NCBI GenBank assembly: GCA_947501605.1
Contig: CANMWZ010000001.1
Span: forward strand, 288,001-352,000
Source: Planctomycetota bacterium
GTDB lineage: Bacteria > Planctomycetota > UBA1135 > UBA2386
DNA: 64,000 nucleotides
Direction: 5' to 3'
Below the pieces are notes generated by a model. That model saw only the letters and a list, made by a program, of their open reading frames with translations. It was not told the origin of the DNA and searched no databases. A program made the translations under genes and the position numbers. Of the stretch, positions 1 through 9,750 are shown piece after piece (the first letter of the stretch is position 1; every line of letters starts with the position of its first letter).

Positions 1-811
1 GGGCGTGCAGTGGTTGTTGGCGCAACAGGAGGACGGCGGGCGCCTTGGCTCAGCGGTCGCGAACGACTCTGTCTACGACCACGCGATCGCGACGTATGCA
101 CTGGCCGAAGCCTGCGGTCTGTCGGAGTCGACGATCCTGCGGAAGCCGCTCGAGCGCGCGCTCGGCCACCTCGCCGCACATCGCAATCCCTACGGTGCTT
201 GGCGCTATCAGCCACGGGACGGGGATTCGGACACGTCGGTCACGGGATGGTGCGTGCTTGCACTCGGCTCCGCCAAGAGCTTTGGCGTACCGGTCGACGA
301 GAACGCCCTGAAGGCCGCGCTCGCGCATTTCGACTCGTGCACGGATGCCGCAGGACGCACCGGCTACACCAAAGCTGGCGAACGCAGCGCCCGACGGCCC
401 GGCGATCACGCGGTTCGCTTTCCCCCGGAGCGCGGCGAAGCCATGACGGCGGTCTCGCTGTTCTGCCGCTACTTCCTCGGCCAAAACCGCGAGGAGCATC
501 CGACCATGAAGCAGCAAGAGGCACTGCTGGTGGCCAACCCGCCGGTGTGGGACCTGAAGGCCGGCACCATCGATGCCTACTACTGGTACTACGGCAGCTA
601 TGCGATGTTCCAGGCCGGTGGCAAGGCCTGGGCCGAGTGGCAGAAGCACCTGGGCACCGCGGTCCTCGCCACGCAGCGAACCGACGGCAACGCTCGCGGT
701 TCGTGGGACCCGGCGTGCGCCTGGGGCGAGGATGGCGGCCGCGTGTATGCCACAGCGATCCTGTGCCTCACCCTTCAGGTCTACTATCGCTACGGCAAGC
801 TGGCGCGCTGA
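1..811 (+). CDS. Prenyltransferase/squalene-oxidase repeat protein (terpene cyclase-like alpha/alpha toroid), 5'-truncated
   Basis: QW-like repeats (WLLAQQEDGG, LATQRTDG..GSW), DTSVTGW, YYWYYG and C-terminal LQVYYRY; the frame is open from the window edge. Confidence 0.8.
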   Translation, partial: GVQWLLAQQEDGGRLGSAVANDSVYDHAIATYALAEACGLSESTILRKPLERALGHLAAHRNPYGAWRYQPRDGDSDTSVTGWCVLALGSAKSFGVPVDENALKAALAHFDSCTDAAGRTGYTKAGERSARRPGDHAVRFPPERGEAMTAVSLFCRYFLGQNREEHPTMKQQEALLVANPPVWDLKAGTIDAYYWYYGSYAMFQAGGKAWAEWQKHLGTAVLATQRTDGNARGSWDPACAWGEDGGRVYATAILCLTLQVYYRYGKLAR

Positions 812-974
812 GGCACTGACGCACGTTGCCGGTGTCGAGAATCGCACTCCGAGAGCTGGTGACTGCCGCGCCCCTCGGCACTTTGCCGCGGCTCAGGACC
901 CACCGCCCGGATCGCCCGCTTCACCCGCCGTTGCCAACGACGCCACCAGCGCGTTGTCCAAAGACAGGATTTCC

Positions 975-1003
975 TGAAGTCGGACTCAAGTCGCAGCCGA
1001 TGA
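975..1003 (+). promoter_or_regulatory. Possible sigma-28 (FliA) promoter of flagellin
   Basis: GCCGATGA at 996-1003 is a 7/8 match to the -10 consensus GCCGATAA. The -35-like TGAAG at 975-979 is about 2 nt further upstream than canonical spacing. Confidence 0.4.
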
Positions 1004-1066
1004 AGGGAGCACGGTGCAGCGGGCCCTCAGCTCGCATGCGCCAAGGCAAAGGAATCGAGGTTACAG

Positions 1067-1897
1067 ATGGGCCTTCGCGTCAACTCCAACATCGCATCGA
1101 TCAACGCGCAGCGCTCGCTGTCGCAGACCACAGACCGGTTGCAGGCGAACTACCGCCGCCTCTCTACGGGTCTGCGAATCTCGACGGCCGCCGACGATGC
1201 CGCTGGTCTTGCGATCTCCGAGCGCTTCCGCGCCCAGATCCGCTCGACCAACCAAGCGATTCGCAACGCGCAGGACGGCATCTCCCTGACGCAGACGGGT
1301 GAAGGTGCGCTGAACGAAGTCAGCAACATCCTGATCCGCATGCGCGAACTCGCGATCCAGGCCAGCAACGGCACGGTCAGCTCGCAAGACCGCGACACGC
1401 TCAACCAGGAGTTCGCCGATCTGATCGACGAGGTCGACCGCATCGCGCAGTCGACGACGTTCAACGGCGTCCGTCTGCTCGACGGCACCGGCTCGACACT
1501 GACCTTCCAGGTTGGAACGGGCACGACCAGTGGTGTCGACACCATCCAACTGAACACGTCCGACACGCTCTCCTCGACGCTCGGTCTGTCGTCCCTGGAC
1601 ATCGGCAGCACCGGGGTCACCTCGACGGCCGTCGACATGGTCGACAGCGCAATCAACTCGGTGAGCCAGGTGCGCGGCCAGTTTGGCGCCGTGCAGAACC
1701 GCTTGACGGCGACGATCGCAAACCTGCAGATCCAGGTCGAAAACACCAGCGCAGCCGAGAGCCGCATCCGCGACGTCGACGTCGCGATCGAAACCGCGCA
1801 GCTGACTAGAAACTCCATCCTCCAGCAGTCGGCGATTGCGATTCTGAGTCAGGCGAACACGCAGCCCCAAGCCGCCTTGCAGCTGCTACAAGGCTGA
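1067..1897 (+). CDS. fliC: Flagellin (short, essentially D0/D1 only)
   Basis: N-terminal MGLRVNSNIASINAQRSL...RLSTGLRISTAADDAAGLAISE; C-terminal SRIRDVDVA...QANTQPQAALQLL. Confidence 0.97.
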   Translation: MGLRVNSNIASINAQRSLSQTTDRLQANYRRLSTGLRISTAADDAAGLAISERFRAQIRSTNQAIRNAQDGISLTQTGEGALNEVSNILIRMRELAIQASNGTVSSQDRDTLNQEFADLIDEVDRIAQSTTFNGVRLLDGTGSTLTFQVGTGTTSGVDTIQLNTSDTLSSTLGLSSLDIGSTGVTSTAVDMVDSAINSVSQVRGQFGAVQNRLTATIANLQIQVENTSAAESRIRDVDVAIETAQLTRNSILQQSAIAILSQANTQPQAALQLLQG

Positions 1898-1973
1898 GCC
1901 CGTACATGGCGGCGCGCCGCAGCACGGCGCGTCGTCTCGGTCGCCTACCCGCAGAGCGGGCGGCGCGCGCAGG

Positions 1974-2027
1974 CACCACAGCGTCCGCTTGGACGCCGAG
2001 CACCACAGCGTCCGCTTGGACGCCGAG
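1974..2027. repeat. 2 x 27-bp perfect tandem repeat, each unit carrying a GCGTCC-GCTT-GGACGC hairpin
   Basis: CACCACAGCGTCCGCTTGGACGCCGAG at 1974-2000 and 2001-2027, between the convergent fliC and rpsT genes. Confidence 0.9.
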
Positions 2028-2297
2028 TCAGGTCGACTTCATCGCGCCGACGGCGCTCATGACCTGGCTCTTGTGGCGCGAGGCCTTGTTGCTGTGAATC
2101 GTGTGCGACTTCGCGGCCTTGTCGATGATCTTGTAGGCCCTGAGCGCGATCGCGTCGGCCTTCGTCTTGTCGCCGGACGTCACGGCCGCGTGCAGCGTCC
2201 GGATGATCGACTTCAGGGTGGAGATCTTCGCCTTGTTGTAGACGCGGGCCTTTTCGGACTGACGGGCGCGCTTCAGCGCTTGCTTGCTGTGAGCCAT
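2028..2297 (-). CDS. rpsT: 30S ribosomal protein S20
   Basis: MAHSKQALKRARQSEKARVYNKAKIS...IDKAAKSHTIHSNKASRHKS matches the S20 pattern. Confidence 0.95.
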   Translation of the reverse strand: MAHSKQALKRARQSEKARVYNKAKISTLKSIIRTLHAAVTSGDKTKADAIALRAYKIIDKAAKSHTIHSNKASRHKSQVMSAVGAMKST

Positions 2298-2358
2298 GTG
2301 CGGTTGGTCTGGGATCGTACGGTTCTGGTTCGGAAAGTAACGCGGCCGGGCCGCCTTC

Positions 2359-3696
2359 TCAGCCCGCCTTCAAGCGGTCGACGCGTTGTGCCACGTCGCG
2401 GTAGCCGATGTCTTGTTCGAGGATGCGAGTGTAGTGCTGCAGCGCAGTCTCGCGCCTACCCTGCTCTTCGCACAGCCCCCCCATCTCATAAAGGACGTCC
2501 TTGGCGAGGGGACCGTTGCCGGCCGCCTGCAGCGCCTTCTCATACTGGCCGAGCGCAAGATCGGGGAGATTCTTGCCGCGGAACGCGCGCCCGAGCAGGA
2601 ACTGGGAGTCAGCCTTCTTGCGCGGGTCCTTGACCGACTGCTGCAACTCCGCAATCGAAGTCTCGAACTCGCGGAGTTCGAGCAGCGCCGAGCCGAGCTG
2701 GAAGCGCAGGGCCAAGTCAGCCGGATTGCGCTCGATGCGACGGCGATACTCTTGGGCGCGGGCTTCGTTGAGTGCCCGCTCCGCTCGCTCCGCGGCGGCG
2801 CCATCGCCACGCGCCAGCGCCTTCTGCACGTACTGCTCCTGCAGGCGAAGGCGAAGATCGCCGGCAAGATCCTGCAGTTCCGCGTCGCCAGGAGCCTTCT
2901 GAGCCGCCGACTCGATGCAGTCGAGAGCGCCGCGGAGGTCCTTGTTTTGCTCGCGCAGCTTGCCGACACGACGGAGCAACGCCACGTCATCGGGCTTCTC
3001 CTGCAGCGCCTCTTCAGACTGCTCGAGCTGTTTCGCCAGCTCTTCGGGGCTGAGCTGCAAGCGACCCGCCTGTTCGAGCTTCTGCTGCAGCGACTTGTCC
3101 TTGATCAGGTCGCGCGAACTCTGCGCCGTCTCGATGCCCGAACTCTTGAGTGCGCCCTCGGCAGCGAGGTCCTTGCGGGCCTTCAGAGCCTCCTGGTCGC
3201 GCGGGTCGACTTTGAGCGCCATCTCGTAGAATTGCAGCGCATCCTGCAACTTGCCCTGCTCGTAGAGCAAGGCGCCCGCCGAACGAGCCGCCAGTAGACA
3301 GCGCGGCTGTTGCTGCGCGAAGGCGGCGAACACCGCGAGCGCCGACCGGCGGTGGCCAGCGCGCTTCAGGGCCATGCCCAGTGCCAAGTTGGATCCCTCG
3401 CTCAGCGGATCGAAGGCAAGGTAGCGTTCGAACGCGTTGGCGGCCCCGCCATGCTGGCCGCAGAGCCGCAGCACGTGGCCGGTGAGCCAGTGGACGCCGC
3501 CGAAGAGCATCGCCGCCAGCTTTGCTGGCTTCTTGAGCGTGGCCTTGGCAAACAGCGCCTTGCGCAGCCCGTCGCGGGCCTCACCGTAGTCCGGCTGGAT
3601 CGCCAACACCTGCGAGTAGATCTTGATCGCCAACGGATGGTTCCGCCGTTTGACGGCGTCCGCTGCGTTCTCGAGGTGTTTGCTGAGGTCGACCAT
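2359..3696 (-). CDS. Tetratricopeptide repeat protein
   Basis: Multiple TPR-like helix pairs and C-terminal YTRILEQDIGYRDVAQRV; start taken at MVDLSKHLE. Confidence 0.85.
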   Translation of the reverse strand: MVDLSKHLENAADAVKRRNHPLAIKIYSQVLAIQPDYGEARDGLRKALFAKATLKKPAKLAAMLFGGVHWLTGHVLRLCGQHGGAANAFERYLAFDPLSEGSNLALGMALKRAGHRRSALAVFAAFAQQQPRCLLAARSAGALLYEQGKLQDALQFYEMALKVDPRDQEALKARKDLAAEGALKSSGIETAQSSRDLIKDKSLQQKLEQAGRLQLSPEELAKQLEQSEEALQEKPDDVALLRRVGKLREQNKDLRGALDCIESAAQKAPGDAELQDLAGDLRLRLQEQYVQKALARGDGAAAERAERALNEARAQEYRRRIERNPADLALRFQLGSALLELREFETSIAELQQSVKDPRKKADSQFLLGRAFRGKNLPDLALGQYEKALQAAGNGPLAKDVLYEMGGLCEEQGRRETALQHYTRILEQDIGYRDVAQRVDRLKAG

Positions 3697-3852
3697 GCGC
3701 TCCAGTCTTTCGCGTGACTTGACGCCAGGGAAAGGGGCGAAGAATCTACCGCCGTCCTCCCGCCCCCGCAACGATCACCCTCACCCGCGTCGGGGACCTC
3801 TGGATCCCACGCCCCACTGCGCCCCGCGGCGCAACCTACCCCCCGCCACCGG

Positions 3853-4371
3853 ATGGAACCCCTGGAAGTCCGCGTTTACCCCGATCCCGTGCTGCGCCGC
3901 GGCGGCAAGCCTGTGACGTCTTTTGACTCGGAGCTGCGCGCAACGGCGGCCCGGATGATGACCGCAATGTACGACGAGGTCGGCGTCGGCCTCGCCGCGC
4001 CTCAGGTCGGCATCGAGCAGAAGCTCCTGGTGCTGAACCCCACCGGCAGCAAACAGGACCGGGACCAAGAGCTGGCGCTGATCAACCCCAAGATCACCCG
4101 CAAGAAGGGCCGCGAATTCGATGAGGAAGGGTGCTTGTCGTTCCCTGGCATCCAGGCGGACGTCGAACGCTGGATCGAGATCACAGTGACCTACCAGGAC
4201 TTGGACGGCAAGGAACAGACGCTGAAGGCTACCGACCTGCTCGCCCGCATCATCCAGCACGAACTCGACCACCTCGAAGGCGTGTTATTCGTCGACCGGC
4301 TATCGGCCGCTGACAAGTTGCGGGTGCGGAGCAAGCTCGACGAACTCGAAGAGCGCTACGCGCGCCGCTGA
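3853..4371 (+). CDS. def: Peptide deformylase
   Basis: Motifs GVGLAAPQVG, EGCLS and QHELDHL. Confidence 0.97.
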   Translation: MEPLEVRVYPDPVLRRGGKPVTSFDSELRATAARMMTAMYDEVGVGLAAPQVGIEQKLLVLNPTGSKQDRDQELALINPKITRKKGREFDEEGCLSFPGIQADVERWIEITVTYQDLDGKEQTLKATDLLARIIQHELDHLEGVLFVDRLSAADKLRVRSKLDELEERYARR

Positions 4372-4378
4372 TTTCGGC

Positions 4379-5335
4379 ATGCGCCTGATCGAAGGAATCG
4401 ATGCCCTCCAAGCGCTCGACTTGGTCGCGGCGGTCGGGCAGGGCCCGGCGAGCCACTCCGTCGTCGCCGTCGGGGTGTTCGACGGTGTGCATCTCGGCCA
4501 CCAGCGATTGCTGCACGAGTTGCTGGAGATGAACTCGCGACTGCCGGGCGCACCCACGGTCATCACCTTTCGCAATCACCCAGACCAAGTGCTGCGCGGC
4601 GCCGCGCCGCCGCTGTTGGTGTCGGTGCCCCACCGCATCCGGTTGCTGCGACGCGCTGGAGTTCAACGGCTCGTGCTGCTCGATTTCGAACCGCGACTGC
4701 AGCAGATGACTGCGCGCCAGTTCGCCCAGGATCTTCTGGTGTCGCGACTGCGAGCATCGGGCTTGCTGCTCGGCTACGACAGCGCTCTGGGCAAGGACCG
4801 TGAAGGCACCCCCGCCCGCTTCGTCGAACTCGGCGGCGAGCTCGGCTTCGAAGTGCGCATCGGCCGGCCCTTCGAAGTCGACGGTGAGACCGTCTCCTCG
4901 ACGCGGATCCGGCAGGCCATCGGCAGCGGCGACCTCGAACTGGGCAAACGCCTGCTCGGGCGCCACCCCAGCACCCTTGGCGTCGTCGAACACGGCTTCG
5001 GCCGCGGTCGCGACCTCGGCTTCCCCACCGCCAACCTTCGGCCGCAAACCCCGGCGCTGCCGCCGCACGGGGTCTATGCGGTCGAGGTCATTGTGGACGG
5101 CGGGGTCCTCCCCGGCATTGCCAACTTGGGTGTGCGCCCGACTTTTGGCGATGAGGCCAAAGCAGCGATGCTCGAAGTGCACCTCCTCGACTTCGCCGGC
5201 GACCTCTACGGACGCGAGCTAGAGGTCGCGTTTGTCGCCCTGATTCGGGCCGAGCGCAAGTTCGCCAACGCTGCCGAACTGAGCGCCCAGATCGCCCGCG
5301 ACATCGCGGCGGCGCGAACGCGTCTTCGCGCCTGA
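4379..5335 (+). CDS. ribF: Bifunctional riboflavin kinase / FMN adenylyltransferase
   Basis: GVFDGVHLGH, VSSTRIR, GRDLGFPTAN, EVHLLDF and IRAERKF. Confidence 0.96.
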   Translation: MRLIEGIDALQALDLVAAVGQGPASHSVVAVGVFDGVHLGHQRLLHELLEMNSRLPGAPTVITFRNHPDQVLRGAAPPLLVSVPHRIRLLRRAGVQRLVLLDFEPRLQQMTARQFAQDLLVSRLRASGLLLGYDSALGKDREGTPARFVELGGELGFEVRIGRPFEVDGETVSSTRIRQAIGSGDLELGKRLLGRHPSTLGVVEHGFGRGRDLGFPTANLRPQTPALPPHGVYAVEVIVDGGVLPGIANLGVRPTFGDEAKAAMLEVHLLDFAGDLYGRELEVAFVALIRAERKFANAAELSAQIARDIAAARTRLRA

Positions 5336-5515
5336 CCCCGCAAGCCGAAGGTTGGATCCAATTCGCACTTCGCGTGATTGCAGCTAGCCCGCCGGACGCC
5401 TAGCCTCCCGCACTCGGTGGCACCACCCCCTGGTCGCGCGCGGCCGTCCTCCCGGGGGTCACCGACGGCAGCTTGACTGCACGTTTTATCTACGGCACCG
5501 ATCCTCACCCGATCC

Positions 5516-6847
5516 ATGCGCGCCAGACTCAGGAACCTCCACGTAGTGGCGGCGGCAGCAGCCGCTCTGTTCACATCGGCCGTACTCTCGGCCCAAACAC
5601 CCACGTTGCTCCAGCAGGCTGGCAACACGGCGAAAACCCAATCCCAACTCCCGGTCACGCTCAACCAGCGCACCACTCCGGGCAGCCTGCTCGTCGTCTG
5701 CTACACCACCACGGCCAGTGGAACAGCCACGGTTTCCGGCGGCGGTGTGTCGCAATGGACTCTCTGCCAAGCAGCGCTCCCCGGCGCCACCAACGTGCAG
5801 ATCTTCGCGGGAGTCGTAAATGGCAGCCCCAGTCGCGCGGTGAACGTAACGTTGGCCAGTAGCTCGGCACTGGCGTCCGTCAGCGTCAGCGAATGGCGCG
5901 GGTTCGTTGGCATGCCTCTCGTCGCCGCCGCCTCAGGCACGGGCAGCAGCCTCGACCTGAACCCAACCGCCACGACCTCGCCACTGCAGATCCAAGATGG
6001 CGACCTCGTCGTCTCCATGTGCGCGATGACCGATGGCACAGAAGTCGTGCCGGAACCCATCCACAGCTGGAAGCCGCTGCCGCAGGGCCGCAAGAACGAC
6101 CACTTGCTGATGGCCGCGGGTTGGTTCGTTGCGTCGAGCCCGGAGCTGGTGTCGATGCGTTGGCCATTCACGCGAGCCCAGGACTACTCCTCGGCGCTCG
6201 TCGCTTTCCGTATGCCGGCCCCGCCGCCACAAACGCCGATGTTGGTGCAACACACCAGCGACGCACTGTGGAACGTGTCGAGCCTCACTCTGCAGTTGGG
6301 GCAACAGCCCGCACCCGGGGATCTGCTCGTGGTCTGCCACGAGAGCAACAGCAGCAGCAATTCGCGAATCTCCGGTGGCGGGGTGACGCAATGGACTCTC
6401 TGCATGTCCTCAGCGCCGACGATCGTCAACTCGGAGATCTGGGCCGGGATCGTCGGCCCAAGCCCGAGCAGTACGATCACGATCACCCTCGGCAGTGCCC
6501 CGAACGGAGCGATCGCTTCGGTCTCGCAGTGGTCGGACCTGCCCGTACCGCTGGCCTTCGAAGCGATGCTCAGCTCGGGCCCGACCGGTGGAACCGGTGT
6601 GCAAACGCCGAGTGTGCCGGCTGACGCCAACGAACTCGTCGTCGCCATGGTCGGCATACACCAGGGCGCGAACACCGTGAGCCTGCCAACGAACGGCTTC
6701 ACCCAGTTCACACAGGCCTACCTGCCGAGCACCGCCATGTCGGCGGCCTGGTTCGTGCCGACGACCGCCGGCTACTACTCAACCTCGTGGTCGCTGCAGA
6801 ACTCGACTCGCTGGGCCGCGCCCATCGTCGTTTTCGGCGGCCGCTGA
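5516..6847 (+). CDS. Secreted beta-rich protein with two tandem ~200-aa homologous domains
   Basis: Signal peptide ending ...VLSA/QT. Duplicated motifs: PGxLLVVC...SGGGVxQWTLC...vSxWxx...MxAxWFV. Confidence 0.8.
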   Translation: MRARLRNLHVVAAAAAALFTSAVLSAQTPTLLQQAGNTAKTQSQLPVTLNQRTTPGSLLVVCYTTTASGTATVSGGGVSQWTLCQAALPGATNVQIFAGVVNGSPSRAVNVTLASSSALASVSVSEWRGFVGMPLVAAASGTGSSLDLNPTATTSPLQIQDGDLVVSMCAMTDGTEVVPEPIHSWKPLPQGRKNDHLLMAAGWFVASSPELVSMRWPFTRAQDYSSALVAFRMPAPPPQTPMLVQHTSDALWNVSSLTLQLGQQPAPGDLLVVCHESNSSSNSRISGGGVTQWTLCMSSAPTIVNSEIWAGIVGPSPSSTITITLGSAPNGAIASVSQWSDLPVPLAFEAMLSSGPTGGTGVQTPSVPADANELVVAMVGIHQGANTVSLPTNGFTQFTQAYLPSTAMSAAWFVPTTAGYYSTSWSLQNSTRWAAPIVVFGGR

Positions 6848-6863
6848 TCCGCGCGCGCCGCGC

Positions 6864-8249
6864 TCAGCGTGGCGCCGCCGGCCGGAGCGCCCGCTGGTAA
6901 CAGCCCAGGCGCTCGCGGTAGATCGGTCCGTCGCCACCTCGGGCGATGGCCAGTTGTTGCAACTCGATCGCCTCGCGAACGCGACCGGCCCGAAACAGGG
7001 CCATCGCCGCGGTGTCACACTCGAAGAACTCGAGCGCCGGCTTCTGCTCGAGCATCCGCAATACGAGCACCAGGGCGAACGCGTCGAACCGGCCCGTCGT
7101 GTCGAGGTCCGTCAGCCATCGCCAGGCCTCGTTGTTGATACTGACGCGCCCCGGTTCGCGCTCCAGTGCATCGACTCCGATCTCACGCGCACGCGGCGCG
7201 GATCCCTCGCAGCGCAGCCAGTACAGGAACTGGACGGCCGACAGCGTGCGGGGGTCCGCACCGCGATCCTCGGCACTCCGCAGCGCGCGCGCCGCCAGTT
7301 CCCTGTGCACCTCGGGCAGTTCGTCACCGGTCAGGATCTCGACGTACTCGAGTGCGAGCATCGGGACGCGCTCGACACGACGAGCCAACTGGTGCGCGAG
7401 TCGCCCGACGTCGCGACCTTCACCGGCCTTCACGAGCGCCCGCAGACGCGTCAGTTGCACGTGGAGGTCATCGGGGTGCGCGGCGGCGGCAACGGCCAGC
7501 GACTTGACGAGAGTCTGGGCATACTCCGTGTCGCGGCCGGTGCTGCGCAGCGCCAGACTCGCAAAGGCCGCCAGCGCCCGCGGCTCATTGGCAAGCGCGA
7601 CGACCGCGGCCGCACTCGTCGCCACAGATCCCGCGGGATCCGCCAGCTTCTGCTGCTGGACGGCGAACAGGGCTCCGCGCGCAAGACCGCAGCCCGGGCG
7701 CCGAGCAACGCACCGTTGCAAAGCCTCGAGTGCACGTTCACCGGGCAAGTCCGTGAGATCGCGCCGTAGCAGCAGCCACTCCTCATCGTCGCGTTCGCTT
7801 GCCGCCGCATCCAGCTTGCCGGCAACCAGTGCAGCCGCTTCGGCGAGCAAACCTCGCCTCGGATCGACCGCGGCCACCAGCCTGTCGCGACGGAAGAACG
7901 CAAGGTTGCCCCGCTCGCCCGTCCCGATCGAGTCCGCTGCCAGCGCCGCGCGTGCATCCGCGACTACCGTCAGTTCGAGCAGCGCCTTCGACTCGGACCC
8001 CGGCAGCAACTGCGTCACCACCACCGCGCAGCGCAGCCCGGCATCGCCGTGACGGTGCTTCAGGTCGAGCAGCAACGGCGCGTCGAGCGCAGCCTCGGCA
8101 AGGTCGCGGTAGAAGCCGACGACGGAGGACGCCGGGATGTCGCTGCCGAACACCAGGGCCAATCCTGGCTCCTGCGCCGACCCCGGTAGCGCCATCGCCA
8201 CAACTGCTGCAACGGCCTGGAGCGCCACTTCGCGAATGCCTGCGCGCAT
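6864..8249 (-). CDS. Secreted TPR-containing protein, paralog of the adjacent gene
   Basis: Signal-like N-terminus (MRAGIREVAL...PGSA/Q). C-terminal INNEAW...DTAAMALFRAG TPR. Start is uncertain; the ORF extends to 8333. Confidence 0.7.
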   Translation of the reverse strand: MRAGIREVALQAVAAVVAMALPGSAQEPGLALVFGSDIPASSVVGFYRDLAEAALDAPLLLDLKHRHGDAGLRCAVVVTQLLPGSESKALLELTVVADARAALAADSIGTGERGNLAFFRRDRLVAAVDPRRGLLAEAAALVAGKLDAAASERDDEEWLLLRRDLTDLPGERALEALQRCVARRPGCGLARGALFAVQQQKLADPAGSVATSAAAVVALANEPRALAAFASLALRSTGRDTEYAQTLVKSLAVAAAAHPDDLHVQLTRLRALVKAGEGRDVGRLAHQLARRVERVPMLALEYVEILTGDELPEVHRELAARALRSAEDRGADPRTLSAVQFLYWLRCEGSAPRAREIGVDALEREPGRVSINNEAWRWLTDLDTTGRFDAFALVLVLRMLEQKPALEFFECDTAAMALFRAGRVREAIELQQLAIARGGDGPIYRERLGCYQRALRPAAPR

Positions 8250-8295
8250 GCTGCCTCGGAGATCGGCACGATCGCTCCGCCGGCCGAAGCTCGGT

Positions 8296-9735
8296 TCAGC
8301 GCTTGTTCTCGCCCGCGCGGACCCCGGCCTCACGCGTCGATGCCAACGCCGATTCGTAGCGCTTCAGCCTCGCGGCATAGCGCGGATCGCTGCCACTCCC
8401 CTCGTTTGCCGCAGTCTGCAACTCGGCGGCGCGCTCGAACTGGCCGTTGCAGAACACCACGAGTGCCACGGTGTCCTTGTTGCCGTGATCCATCGCCAAG
8501 CCCTCGAGCCTGCACATCTCATCGACCTGCGCCAGCGCGAAGGGATCGAATCGCCCCATCGTGTCGACCTGGGTCGCGAGGTACCAAGCGTCGTTGTTCA
8601 AGGACCCCGCGTACGAGCTATCCCCACGGTAGTCGCTCAACAGCTTTGTGATCGCCTCTGCATCGGCGCCACAGCGGACCAAGACCTTGTGCTTCCCGAT
8701 CGCGATGAGACGCGGCTCCACCGCCGACGCCGCAGCCAGCGAAAGGGCCCGGTCGGCGAGATCGCGGAAGGCCGGCGGGGAACGCGCTTCCATCAGCGTC
8801 TCCGCAAACCAGAGTTGGAGCATGCCCGAATCTCCGAGGAGCTGCGGCAACTGGGCCGCCACCCGCCCGGCGAGCCGGTCCTGACCGGCAAGCAGCAGAG
8901 CTCGCAGGTAGACGAGCTGTGTGACGGCGCCGCGTGGAGCGGTCGCCGCCGCCGGAGCCAGAGCCACCACCAGGGTCTTCGCCATCGACCTGTTCGTGTG
9001 ATCGCCGCGCAGCGTCAGGTCGGCGAAGGGCACCAGTGCAATCGGGTCGCTGCCGATCACAGTCATGGCCGCATCGAACAGCCGTTGCGCTTCGTGGTAG
9101 TCACCCTTGCACCACCACTGCTCTAGGACCTGAAGCGCCCGCGCGCGCCCACTGTGGGGCAACGACTTCACGCAATGAGCGATGGCCTCCGCAAAGTCCC
9201 CGCCATCGCCGACGCGGTACATCAGCGAATCGAGGAGGCTGTCGACCTCGGAAGGCGCCGTGCGCGCCAGATCAAGAGCCAACGCCGCCTCGATGCGATC
9301 CGTACAGTTGTCCGGTGCGGTCCACGTCACCGCGTCACCCGCGTTGCCGGAGTACAACTGGAAGAGAACCGCACCCGCTACTGGCGGCAGTTGCAGCTCC
9401 GCCTCAGCGACGCCGAAGCCAGGATGCGATGCCGCGATCCTGGCGGCAACGTCAGGGCGCGCACCAACAACCACCGCAAGTCCACGGTCGCCATAGCGAG
9501 CTTGGATATCCGAGAGCCAGGAGGCCTGATCGAGATAGTCGAACCTGTCGTCGCCGTAGCCGACACAGAGCGTCCACTGCACGCGCTTTGGCGCATTGTC
9601 TGGAGCGTGCAACTGCTTGCCGAGGTGCACGTGTGGATCAGACGCGCTCTCCTGCCCGCGCGCACCGACGCAGAGGCAGAAGCAGACCGTCAACGAGCGG
9701 ATCGTCGCGTGCAGCATGGCGGACATTGTGGCCAC
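8296..9735 (-). CDS. Secreted TPR-containing protein with a possible degenerate thioredoxin-like N-terminus
   Basis: LNNDAWYLAT...DTVALVVFCNG TPR. WLSDIQARYGDRGLAVV resembles the redoxin helix-strand segment but there is no CxxC. Confidence 0.7.
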   Translation of the reverse strand: MATMSAMLHATIRSLTVCFCLCVGARGQESASDPHVHLGKQLHAPDNAPKRVQWTLCVGYGDDRFDYLDQASWLSDIQARYGDRGLAVVVGARPDVAARIAASHPGFGVAEAELQLPPVAGAVLFQLYSGNAGDAVTWTAPDNCTDRIEAALALDLARTAPSEVDSLLDSLMYRVGDGGDFAEAIAHCVKSLPHSGRARALQVLEQWWCKGDYHEAQRLFDAAMTVIGSDPIALVPFADLTLRGDHTNRSMAKTLVVALAPAAATAPRGAVTQLVYLRALLLAGQDRLAGRVAAQLPQLLGDSGMLQLWFAETLMEARSPPAFRDLADRALSLAAASAVEPRLIAIGKHKVLVRCGADAEAITKLLSDYRGDSSYAGSLNNDAWYLATQVDTMGRFDPFALAQVDEMCRLEGLAMDHGNKDTVALVVFCNGQFERAAELQTAANEGSGSDPRYAARLKRYESALASTREAGVRAGENKR

Positions 9736-9750
9736 CGCGGCCGATTGTCG

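Noticed and set aside
1974..2027. Hairpin-containing repeat as a mini CRISPR array
   Set aside because: The units are directly adjacent with no spacer, and no cas genes are present.
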